Assembly: GCA_965116965.1 (NCBI GenBank)
Contig: OZ220743.1
Location: forward strand, 3,792,418 to 3,856,417
Length of the DNA stretch: 64,000 bases
From: Acidimicrobiales bacterium
GTDB taxonomy: Bacteria; Actinomycetota; Acidimicrobiia; Acidimicrobiales; Aldehydirespiratoraceae
Direction of reading: 5' to 3'
Below the pieces are notes generated by a model that had not been told where the DNA came from, did no database searches, and saw only the letters and a list, made by a program, of their open reading frames with translations. Position 1 is the first letter of the stretch, and every line of letters starts with the position of its first letter. Positions 41,891 through 49,950 of this stretch are shown piece after piece. Position numbers and translations under genes: made by a program.

Positions 41891-42751
41891 ATGGGATCGA
41901 TTGTGGGGGCCGCGCTCGTCTCGCACGTGCCGCCGCTGGTGATGCCCGAGCACGAGCGCCGGGCCCTCAACGACGGTGAGGACACCACGCTGTTCGCGGG
42001 CCTTCACGCCCTGCGGACCGAGCGTCTCTCGCCCGCCGCGGCCGACACCGTTGTGGTGATCGACACCCACTGGTTCACCACCGTCGAGCACGTCGTGACG
42101 GCCCATGCAAGGCGCAAGGGCCTGTTCACCTCCGACGAACTGCCCCGCGGCATGAGCGCCATGCCCTACGACATGCCCGGCGACCCCGAGCTGGCCCGCG
42201 CCTTCGAGGCTGCGGCCGCAGACCGCGACGACACTTGGGTGACGGCCACCGACGACCCGCACCTGCCGGTGCACTACCCCACCGTGAACCTGCTCGGCTT
42301 CCTGCAGGGCGACGAGCGCTGGGTGTCGATGGGCGTGTGCCAGACCGCCGAGCCCTACGACTTCCTGCTGGCCGGCCGGCTGCTGGCCGAAGCCGTAGCG
42401 GCTCTCGATCGCAGGGTGGTGGTCCTGGCCAGCGGCGGGCTAAGCCACCGGTTCTGGCCGCTTCGCCAGTTCCGCGACCACGAGGCCGCCGATCCCGACC
42501 TTCACATCCGCACCCCCGAAGCGGCCGCGGCCGATCGAGCGGTGCTGGCCTGGATGGCCGCCGGCGACCACGCCGCCATCATCGACTTCGTGCCCGAGTT
42601 CTCCCGCCACGCCCCCGAGGGCTACTTCGGCCATTACCTGACCATGGTGGGCGCGCTGGGCGGCGCGGCCTGCACCGCTCGGGGCGTCCAGTTCGGTCAG
42701 TACGAGTCGGTGTCGGGGACGGGTCAGGCCCACGTATGGTTTGACCTGTGA
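41891..42751 (+). CDS. class III extradiol ring-cleavage dioxygenase (LigB family)
   Basis: 286 aa. 'GAALVSHVPPL', 'VVIDTHWF', 'HYPTVNLL', 'ASGGLSH' and 'GHYL' resemble LigB/2-aminophenol dioxygenase-type motifs. Confidence 0.75.
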   Translation: MGSIVGAALVSHVPPLVMPEHERRALNDGEDTTLFAGLHALRTERLSPAAADTVVVIDTHWFTTVEHVVTAHARRKGLFTSDELPRGMSAMPYDMPGDPELARAFEAAAADRDDTWVTATDDPHLPVHYPTVNLLGFLQGDERWVSMGVCQTAEPYDFLLAGRLLAEAVAALDRRVVVLASGGLSHRFWPLRQFRDHEAADPDLHIRTPEAAAADRAVLAWMAAGDHAAIIDFVPEFSRHAPEGYFGHYLTMVGALGGAACTARGVQFGQYESVSGTGQAHVWFDL

Positions 42752-43476
42752 ACAGGCCGCGGCGAGCACTGGTCCTGGCCCACGAGCCGCAGGGCACGAG
42801 CGCGCTGGTCGGCGAGAGGCTGGCCCAGCGGGGCTTCGACGTGCACGACCATGTGGTGACCGAGGACCTGGACCGGCCCAACGACGCGGTCCCCTTCCCC
42901 GACCTCGCCGACTACGACGTGCTGGTGCCGATGGGCTCGATCCGCTCGCTCACCAACACCGACGAGATCGACAGCTGGATCTTCGAGGAGATCGAAATGG
43001 TGCGGGCCGCCCACGCGACGGGCGTGCCGATTCTGGGGGTCTGCTTCGGAGGGCAGCTGCTGGCCGCGGCTCTCGGCGGCGAGGTGGAGCAGGCGCCGGT
43101 CGCCGAGATCGGGTGGTACGAGATCCACGAACCCGGGGGCTCGCCCAACGGGGCGCGCAACCCGCTGGGTCCGGGGCCGTGGTTCCAGTGGCACCACGAC
43201 CGCTTCACCCCTCCGGCCGATGCCGAGGTGCTGGCCGTCAACGAGAACGCCGTGCAGCTGTTCCGGCTGGGGCGCTGTGTGGGCACTCAGTTCCATCCCG
43301 AGGTGACCTACGCCCACGTCGAGGACTTCCTGACGGGGGCGGACGACGAGTACCTGGCCGAGCACGGCTTGAACCGGACGGAACTGCTGGAGAGCCTGCG
43401 CCAGCACGAGGACCGCAACGCCCGGCAGTGCGCCGCCCTGGTCGACTGGTTCCTCGACGAGGTGGCCCAGTCCTGA
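42748..43476 (+). CDS. class I glutamine amidotransferase-like protein
   Basis: 'ILGVCFGGQLL' (nucleophile Cys) and 'TQFHPE' (His-Glu). GTG overlaps the preceding stop. Confidence 0.8.
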   Translation: MNRPRRALVLAHEPQGTSALVGERLAQRGFDVHDHVVTEDLDRPNDAVPFPDLADYDVLVPMGSIRSLTNTDEIDSWIFEEIEMVRAAHATGVPILGVCFGGQLLAAALGGEVEQAPVAEIGWYEIHEPGGSPNGARNPLGPGPWFQWHHDRFTPPADAEVLAVNENAVQLFRLGRCVGTQFHPEVTYAHVEDFLTGADDEYLAEHGLNRTELLESLRQHEDRNARQCAALVDWFLDEVAQS

Positions 43477-43518
43477 GTCCGGAACAGCGAGGGCCGGCCA
43501 GATCGCTCTAACCGGTGC

Positions 43519-44877
43519 TCAGTGGTAGCGCAGGTACTGCCTCAGCTCCCACTGCGAAAGGGGCTCGGTGCCATCGATGGCGTCCCAGTCGGCGACGACT
43601 TCGTCGCCCGCCTCGGCGAGGTAGCGGCCCCACTCCTCCCGCTTGTTGAACACGAAGTTGGCGCAAACCTCCGAGCCGACCGCGGCGCAGAGAGCCTCGT
43701 CGACCTCCATGTCGTCGAGGGCCTCATTCAGGGAGTGGGCGCAGCGGACGTCGGTGTTGATCTCCTCGAAGCCGTCGGCAGTCAAGGGATCGGGGCACTC
43801 CAGACCGTCGGCCACACCGAGGCGGGCCGCCTGCAGCACCGCGGCCACCAGGAGGTACGGGTTGGCGGCGCCGTCGCCGATGCGGCTCTCGATGCGCATG
43901 CCCGGGCCGGCGCTCCCCGGCACCCGGTTCCCGGCGCAGCGGTGCTCCACGCCCCAGTTGGCCCAGTAGCCGTTGATCTCGCCGGGGCGCAGGCGCCGGT
44001 AGGCGTTGACGGTGGGCGCGGCCAATGCCGTCATCCCGCGGTGATGGCGGATCAGGCCGGCGAGGCTGCCCCGGGCAACGTCCGACATCCCGTGGGCGCC
44101 GCCGGCGTCCGAGAAGGCGTTGTTGCCGTCGGCGTCGGCCAGCGAGAGGTTCACGTGGATCCCGCTGCCGGATACGCCGGGGAAGGGCTTGCCCAGGAAC
44201 GTGAGGTCGAGGCCGAGGGGGCGGCCAGCTGAGTCGGTGGCGGTGAGGACGCTCTCGCGGGCCAGCAGGCGGAACAGGAAGGCGTCGTCGACGGCCGCCA
44301 GGGCGTCGCCGTATTCGAGGGTCAGCTCGAACTGCCCCTCGTCGTACTCGGCGTTGACCGACTCCACCGCGATGCCGATCGCCTCGGCCCGGCGCACCAG
44401 CGACGTGATCACCCCGGCAGGGTCCGAGCCGGGCCCGGTGCCGTAGACCATCGACCGGGGCGTGTCATAGGGCCGGGGGGTCTCCATGTCGCCGTTGAAC
44501 ACGTAGGCCTCGAACTCGAGTCCTACCTTGGGGCTGTAGCCGAGAGCCTCCCAGTCGGCCACCGCCCGGCGCAGCGCCTCCCGGGGCGACACCGGCAGGG
44601 GCTCGCCGTGCATGGTCAGGTCGCCGATGACGACACCAGTGGCGTCGTCGTCCCAGCCCTGCCGGACGTCGGCCGCGTCGAAGCTGACGTGGGTGTCGGG
44701 CAGACCCTCCAGCAGGTAGGCGCCGGGCGCGGGGGCCATGCTGCGGTCATAGCCCAGCGCGAACACGCACACGCAGTGGTTGGCGCCCTGATGGGCGAGA
44801 CGGATCGGCACGTACTTGCCCCGAGCCAGCCCGAAGTGGTCGGGCCACAGAACCCTGACGCGGTCCCAGTCGGTCAT
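43519..44877 (-). CDS. glutamine synthetase-family ligase (gamma-glutamyl-amine synthetase-like, PuuA/GlnA3/IpuC type)
   Basis: 452 aa. GS catalytic-domain blocks 'EFEAYVF', 'NAEYDEGQFEL', 'FLGKPFPGVSGSGIHVNLSL', 'NAYRRL', 'NRVP...RIESR'. Confidence 0.9.
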   Translation of the reverse strand: MTDWDRVRVLWPDHFGLARGKYVPIRLAHQGANHCVCVFALGYDRSMAPAPGAYLLEGLPDTHVSFDAADVRQGWDDDATGVVIGDLTMHGEPLPVSPREALRRAVADWEALGYSPKVGLEFEAYVFNGDMETPRPYDTPRSMVYGTGPGSDPAGVITSLVRRAEAIGIAVESVNAEYDEGQFELTLEYGDALAAVDDAFLFRLLARESVLTATDSAGRPLGLDLTFLGKPFPGVSGSGIHVNLSLADADGNNAFSDAGGAHGMSDVARGSLAGLIRHHRGMTALAAPTVNAYRRLRPGEINGYWANWGVEHRCAGNRVPGSAGPGMRIESRIGDGAANPYLLVAAVLQAARLGVADGLECPDPLTADGFEEINTDVRCAHSLNEALDDMEVDEALCAAVGSEVCANFVFNKREEWGRYLAEAGDEVVADWDAIDGTEPLSQWELRQYLRYH

Positions 44878-44957
44878 GGCAGCTCCCCCGGTAGCGGGAC
44901 GGTGAACGTTCGGCCCCGAAAGGTAGTCCGCGCCGCAGCGGGGGTCACGCCGGTCTG

Positions 44958-45048
44958 CTCAGAGGCCGAGCGAACGCGCGACCGAATCCGCCCCATACGG
45001 GCGAGGCCGTGGCCCGAGCGGCCCGTGAGCGAAGCGAACAAGAGCGGG
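44958..45048 (+). repeat. dispersed repeat, copy 2
   Basis: Identical 48-nt core (45001-45048) preceded by the 'cagaggccgagcgaac' arm. Lies between two minus-strand genes, 4 nt from the ACAD stop. Confidence 0.85.
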
Positions 45049-45051
45049 CTC

Positions 45052-46284
45052 TCAGACTGGCGGTTCGTCCTGTTCCGGGTAGAGGCCGGTGCGGCCCAGA
45101 CGCTCCAGGCACACCTCGACGCTCCAAGGCAGCATGGCCGCCCCGCAGCGGGCGTCGCGGTAGGCCTGTTCCAGGTAGGACGGGCGCAGCATGCTGCGAC
45201 CGCCGCACACCTGCAGGGCCAGCGACGCCACCGCGGGGGCGCCCTCCATCACCGTCACCACCGACGACCACGCCCGCCGCACCTGGTCGGCGCCCGGGTC
45301 GACGGCGCACTCGGCCAGCACCCGGTAGGTGAGCGACTGGGCCCGGTCGTAGAGCAGGTTCATCTGGGCCCAGCCCTGCTGTTTGATGGGATGGTCCCGC
45401 CGGGCCGGCCCGGAGCCTGCCGACCCCTCGCCCCGCAGGTATGCGCCCGTGGCGTCGAGCACGCCCCGCATCAGTCCCAGGTAGGCGAACGACAGCGTCG
45501 TGTAGAAGTACGGCCAGCGGGTCGCCGCCTGATCGAAGGCGCCGGGAGGGAGCCATTCGTTGCCGGAGGGCACTACCGCTTCGTCGAGCACCAGCGTGCG
45601 GGAGTCGGTTCCCCGCATCCCGAGCGGATCCCAATCGCCCTCGATGGTGGCGCCGGGCGCGTCGGCGGGTACTCCCATGAAGCGGATCCGCTCGTCGCCG
45701 GGAACCAGGCAGACCACGTTGTGTATGTCGGCCGCGCCCGACAGGGAGGCGAAGATCTTGCGCCCCGTCACCCGGTAGCCGCCGGGGGCGGGGACCGCCC
45801 GGGTGGAGTAGCCCGCGGTGGCGCCCGCGGCTGCGCCCTCCGAGAAGGGCTGGCTGTGGATGGTGCCGTCGGCGACGATCCCGCGACGCAGCTCGGCCCG
45901 TCGCTCCGCCAGCAGTGACCGCTCGGCGGCGGTGAGGTCCAGGTCGTCGGCGATCTGGCCGACGAGGATGGTGGTGACGGTGTGCATGTTGAAGGTCAGC
46001 GCGGTGGTGGCGCAGTGCCGCCCCAGCTCCTCGGACACGAGGGCGTAGGCCACGAAGTCGCCGCCCAGGCCGCCGTCGGCTGCCGGTATGCACAAGCCCA
46101 GCAGGCCGGCGTCGCGCAGGTCGGCCCAGTTCTGGGTGGGAAACGTGGCATCGCGGTCGTAGGACTCGGCCCGCTCGGCGAAGCTCGGCCCGAGCGCGGC
46201 CATGCGCTCCACCAGCGCGACCCGCTCCGGCGTGAGGATGTCTGTCACTACTCCCACGAGGGAACCATTCAAGTCGCTACACAT
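45052..46284 (-). CDS. acyl-CoA dehydrogenase family protein
   Basis: ACAD N/M/C domain pattern ('GGLGGDFVAYALVSEELGR', 'GYRVTGRKIFAS', 'GMRGTDS', 'CGGRSM...YRDAR'). ATG 46284. Confidence 0.85.
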   Translation of the reverse strand: MCSDLNGSLVGVVTDILTPERVALVERMAALGPSFAERAESYDRDATFPTQNWADLRDAGLLGLCIPAADGGLGGDFVAYALVSEELGRHCATTALTFNMHTVTTILVGQIADDLDLTAAERSLLAERRAELRRGIVADGTIHSQPFSEGAAAGATAGYSTRAVPAPGGYRVTGRKIFASLSGAADIHNVVCLVPGDERIRFMGVPADAPGATIEGDWDPLGMRGTDSRTLVLDEAVVPSGNEWLPPGAFDQAATRWPYFYTTLSFAYLGLMRGVLDATGAYLRGEGSAGSGPARRDHPIKQQGWAQMNLLYDRAQSLTYRVLAECAVDPGADQVRRAWSSVVTVMEGAPAVASLALQVCGGRSMLRPSYLEQAYRDARCGAAMLPWSVEVCLERLGRTGLYPEQDEPPV

Positions 46285-46316
46285 GTCGATTGCGCCATGC
46301 TGCAACCCGACTCGGC

Positions 46317-47180
46317 CTATATCGCCCACCTGGGGCCGGAGGGTCCCAACCCACGACCGCGGCCGAGGAAGTCTCTCACTAGGCGGTTGAAGGTCCGCGG
46401 TACCTCCGAGACTGCCAGGTGTCCCACACCGTCCAGCACGATCAGTTCGGCGTTCTGCAGCCCCTCGGCGAGGACACGCGAGTAGGCGACCGGCGTCTCG
46501 GTGTCGAGTCCCCCAGCCACCACCAGCGCGGCCGAGGCGATCGCGCCCAGCCGCTCGCGCACGTCGTGGGCGGGCAGGCACTCGACGGCCGCTCGCAGCC
46601 CTCTTGCCGGAATGCGAGCGAAACCTGCCACCCGCATGGTGAGGGCGTCGTCGCTGAGGGTGGGGCCCGCAACGGCGGTCAGGACATCTGCAGCTATGTC
46701 GGCTGGGGTCAGCCCGGCGTCGAGCGGGGCGAGTCGGGCCGCGCGCCAAGCGGCGGGGTCGGTGCCGTCGAGTCCGAAGGCCGGGCTGGTGTTGGCCAGC
46801 ACGAGACGGGCGACCCGTTGGGGGTGGCGCAGCGCGGTGTGCAGGGCATGCATCCCGCCGAAGGATTCGCCCACCAGATGGGCCCGGTCGACACCGGCGC
46901 TGTCGAGCAGCCGGACCACCGAGTCCGCTATGACGGTCAACGTCAGGGGCTCAACGGGGGCCGAGGCACCGTAGCCGGGCATGTCCCAGGCGATGCAGCG
47001 GAATCCGGTTCTCAGGCCGGCCAGCTGAGGTTCCCACGAGCTGCGCGAGCCGCCGAGGCCGTGCAGGAACACCACCGGCTCCCCGTCACCCGTCTCGCGC
47101 CAGGCCAACGGTCCATCCACGTCGACGGCGCCCGCGACAGCGTGGCAGGACGACGGGTCGGGCACGGTCGGAACATACAC
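46317..47180 (-). CDS. alpha/beta-fold hydrolase
   Basis: 'VVFLHGLGGS', nucleophile elbow 'GESFGG', C-terminal 'GVGHL'. The start is uncertain because only 8 nt separate it from the divergent gene start; an internal GTG is likely. Confidence 0.8.
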   Translation of the reverse strand: MYVPTVPDPSSCHAVAGAVDVDGPLAWRETGDGEPVVFLHGLGGSRSSWEPQLAGLRTGFRCIAWDMPGYGASAPVEPLTLTVIADSVVRLLDSAGVDRAHLVGESFGGMHALHTALRHPQRVARLVLANTSPAFGLDGTDPAAWRAARLAPLDAGLTPADIAADVLTAVAGPTLSDDALTMRVAGFARIPARGLRAAVECLPAHDVRERLGAIASAALVVAGGLDTETPVAYSRVLAEGLQNAELIVLDGVGHLAVSEVPRTFNRLVRDFLGRGRGLGPSGPRWAI

Positions 47181-47188
47181 TCTCGCCC

Positions 47189-47932
47189 GTGGCCAGCGAA
47201 CCGCTCATCGGCATCACGGGTCGGACCAAGACTGCGGGCGAGCTCGACATGAAGCCCGAGACGTTCCGGGACCTGCACCTGGACGTGTTCTACTGCGACT
47301 ACGCCCGCGGCGTGATCGCCGCTGGAGGCCTGCCGGTCTTCCTACCCGGCAGCGCCGATCCCACCGACTACGCCGACCGCCTCGACGGGCTGCTGCTGAC
47401 CGGCGGAACCGACATCGAGCCGGAGCGCTACGGCCACGCGCCGAGCCCCGAGTTGTACACGCGCGAGCCGGAGCGCGACGCCTTCGAGCTGAGCCTGCTC
47501 GACGGAGCGCTCGGCACCGGAAAGCCGGTGCTGGGCATCTGCCGGGGAATCCAGGTGCTGAACGTTCACGGCGGGGGCACGCTGCACCAGCACGTCCCGC
47601 CCCACGCCCGCCACGACCAGCCCCCCAACTCGATCATCCACCGGGTCGATCTCGCCGAGGGCTCGCTGGCTGCGTCGCTGTACGGCCCGTCCATCCGGGT
47701 CAACTCGCTGCACCACCAGACCATCGACGAACTCGCCGACGGTTACGAGGTCACAGGCCACAGCGACGACGGCGTCATCGAGGTGATCGAGTCCCGCCGC
47801 CGACCATGGATCGGCGTGCAGTGGCACCCCGAGCTGATGGACTCCCGCGACCGCGATCCGATCTTCGACTGGCTGGTGAAGGCGGCTTCGGCTGAGCGGC
47901 TTCAGGTCGAGGGTCGAGAGGCTTCTCGATGA
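47189..47932 (+). CDS. gamma-glutamyl-gamma-aminobutyrate hydrolase family protein (PuuD-like peptidase C26)
   Basis: 'PLIGITG', 'LLLTGGTDIEP', 'GICRGIQVLN' (Cys), 'VQWHPE'. Confidence 0.85.
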   Translation: MASEPLIGITGRTKTAGELDMKPETFRDLHLDVFYCDYARGVIAAGGLPVFLPGSADPTDYADRLDGLLLTGGTDIEPERYGHAPSPELYTREPERDAFELSLLDGALGTGKPVLGICRGIQVLNVHGGGTLHQHVPPHARHDQPPNSIIHRVDLAEGSLAASLYGPSIRVNSLHHQTIDELADGYEVTGHSDDGVIEVIESRRRPWIGVQWHPELMDSRDRDPIFDWLVKAASAERLQVEGREASR

Positions 47933-48019
47933 GTCTCATATACCTAGCTTGATGGATGTCGTAGGGTTGCGATACCATCTATGCAGGTCAGGAGGCAGAA
48001 ATAGATAGCTCACAACGCG

Positions 48020-48221
48020 ATGGCTCACAACGCGCCGGGCAAGAAGTGCTGGGAAGGGATCAGCCTGATGGAACCAACCCAGGTGTTCCCCACCTAGGGA
48101 CACCGCGGTCACATGGCTCGAGACCGTGCGCTGGGATGACCGCCGAACCGCTGACCGGATGGAGTCGGTGATGCGGTCCATGGTGGAACACATCGTCCCC
48201 TCCGCCGCACTGGTCGCATGA
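48020..48221 (+). pseudogene. degenerate N-terminal remnant of an IS1595-family (ISXO2-like) transposase
   Basis: 'MAHNAPGKKCWEGISLMEPTQVFPT*' then, in another frame, 'RDTAVTWLETVRWDD...', resembling the conserved N-terminus and zinc-ribbon region but with stops, a frameshift and lost Cys residues. A 12-nt direct duplication (gctcacaacgcg) lies at the start. Confidence 0.3.
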
Positions 48222-48367
48222 CTCGCTGGGGTTCGACGTGAAGATCACCACGGACTACGCGACCGGCAAGTCCGTAAAGGACGGCCCCGAGGAGCGTCCT
48301 TGAAGGAGTCCAGCACCCGCAGGAATCCGCTCTTCGATGGCTCCGGGTTCTCGCGTGATGCGCCAAG

Positions 48368-49477
48368 CTAGCCAGCGAATACTATGCGTCGCTTCAAACG
48401 GTTGCCGATCTTGTAAGGCAGTAGGCCTTCAAACTGCAACCGACCCACGACGATGCCTGCGGCGATTCCCAGTCCTGCGGCAAAGGACTCGATCTCCGCC
48501 AGTGTCCTCAACTCCATCAACTGTTCCTCGTAGCCCTCAGGAATCAAGGTTGTGGCCGCGAAACGATTCGCTTCAAGCTCCCGTTCAGCGCCCTCTGCTG
48601 GTCCTGCCGCCTCATCCCCGAGGTGCGGGGCTGCTCCCGCGTCGATGAAACGCTCTCTGCGGGGATGCAGCAGGATATGACCAGCTTCGTGAAAGAGCGA
48701 GAACCAGAACTGATCATCACTTCGATACCGAAGGCTCAAGGCAATTACCGGCTGGCCAGCCAACCAGTAGGCCGCTCCACTGACGCGCGCTCCCTTGATC
48801 TCGGGTTCGAACACTACGGCCACTCCTACGGCGCCGCAGATGCGCTGGAGCCACGGGCCAATATCGTCAGGAGGATCAGCAGTTGCCGAACGGATATCCG
48901 TTAGAACCCTGCGGAACCTCGATTCGTCGTATTCGTCGTGTTGAGCTTCGGTGGCGTGCATTTCAGTGATCCGCACCCAGGACGCCAAGGCTCCCGCATC
49001 GACCTCATAAGCGCTGGCATGGCGGAACGACGCTGCTGGCTCGCTCCAGACCGCGTTCCAGGCGGCGGCGGTAGCGACCCCGAAGAAGCGCTTCGCCGCG
49101 GAGACAAGAGCCGCCTTGTCGTCGGTATCGGGCAGGTGTCCGCGCTCTCGCAGTTCACGCCAAGGCAGACCCTGCAGCCACTCCAGGTCCTCAGCAGTCG
49201 CCTGTCGCTCGGCAAGTCGGGCAAGTCGAGCCTGGTAGTTGGCCTCCCGAGCGTTCCAGAACTGCGACGGGATCCCGAGCACCCTTTCGAGCTTCACAGC
49301 AACAGCCGGAGTAAGTGCCGCATGACCCTTCGCAAGCCGGTTGACGTGCTTGGGGCTTAACTCGGCGCGGCAGGCTAGCTCGGCCTGGGTCAGGCCAGCC
49401 TCCTCCAATGCCTCAAGAAGCGTCGCGCCCGGAGGCACCGCGTAGTCGGGCTCATAGCTGATCAGTCCACCGGTCAT
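48368..49477 (-). CDS. XRE-family HTH antitoxin fused to an ImmA/IrrE-type (COG2856) zinc metallopeptidase domain
   Basis: N-terminal 'LLEALEEAGLTQAELACRAELSPKHVNRLAKG' HTH and C-terminal 'FSLFHEAGHILLH' (HExxH). ATG 49477. Sits directly downstream of a HigB-like toxin gene. Confidence 0.8.
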   Translation of the reverse strand: MTGGLISYEPDYAVPPGATLLEALEEAGLTQAELACRAELSPKHVNRLAKGHAALTPAVAVKLERVLGIPSQFWNAREANYQARLARLAERQATAEDLEWLQGLPWRELRERGHLPDTDDKAALVSAAKRFFGVATAAAWNAVWSEPAASFRHASAYEVDAGALASWVRITEMHATEAQHDEYDESRFRRVLTDIRSATADPPDDIGPWLQRICGAVGVAVVFEPEIKGARVSGAAYWLAGQPVIALSLRYRSDDQFWFSLFHEAGHILLHPRRERFIDAGAAPHLGDEAAGPAEGAERELEANRFAATTLIPEGYEEQLMELRTLAEIESFAAGLGIAAGIVVGRLQFEGLLPYKIGNRLKRRIVFAG

Positions 49478-49550
49478 TGGTCTTCCACCCCTGACGTCTG
49501 TCTCGGTCAGAGGTACTGGCGCCCACCAGGCCAGCGCCTCCAAGTCTTCT

Positions 49551-49886
49551 TCAATCGTGGGTGTCGGAGATCTCGACTACCACTACTCCGGTCACCCGTG
49601 TCCAGTCAACGCTTCCGTCGGAGCGTTGAACTCCTTCCAGGTCTGCTGGCTCGATGATGAGCCGCCTGGGATGATCCAGGTCGCCGCTCATCTGTCCTGC
49701 TCGATCGGCGCGGAGCGGATGCCACCGCCCCGGCAAGTCGAGAAGCTGGCTTGCGTTGGAGACAGCCTCCAAGTCCACCAACCGCTGCTTTAGCCGCTTT
49801 GCTCCGTCAGACCCGAACTTCCGGGTCAACGACCTGTCGCTCTCGCAGAGCTTCGCAAGCCGTTGATCCCGAAACCAGATCTGCAC
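49551..49886 (-). CDS. HigB-like (RelE/ParE superfamily 'killer protein') toxin
   Basis: 111 aa with 'FRDQRLAKLCE...GAKRLKQRLVDLEAVSNASQLLDLPGRWHPLRADRAGQ'. GTG start; toxin-first order as in HigBA. Confidence 0.75.
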   Translation of the reverse strand: MQIWFRDQRLAKLCESDRSLTRKFGSDGAKRLKQRLVDLEAVSNASQLLDLPGRWHPLRADRAGQMSGDLDHPRRLIIEPADLEGVQRSDGSVDWTRVTGVVVVEISDTHD

Positions 49887-49894
49887 CTCCGAAA

Positions 49895-49913
49895 CTTTAC
49901 CATGTAGGTAAAG
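49895..49913. promoter_or_regulatory. 7-bp perfect inverted repeat (CTTTACC-5 nt-GGTAAAG) upstream of the higB-like gene: candidate operator
   Basis: Located 9-27 nt upstream of the GTG start in an AT-rich gap. Confidence 0.3.
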
Positions 49914-49950
49914 ATATCACGGGGACGAGACAATGTCTAGCACCCCGGAG

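Noticed and set aside
43486-43507. Terminator hairpin between the convergent amidotransferase-like and GS-like genes
   Set aside because: It has only a 5-bp outer stem (AGCGA/TCGCT) around a GGCCGGCC palindrome with a long loop, which is too weak to call.
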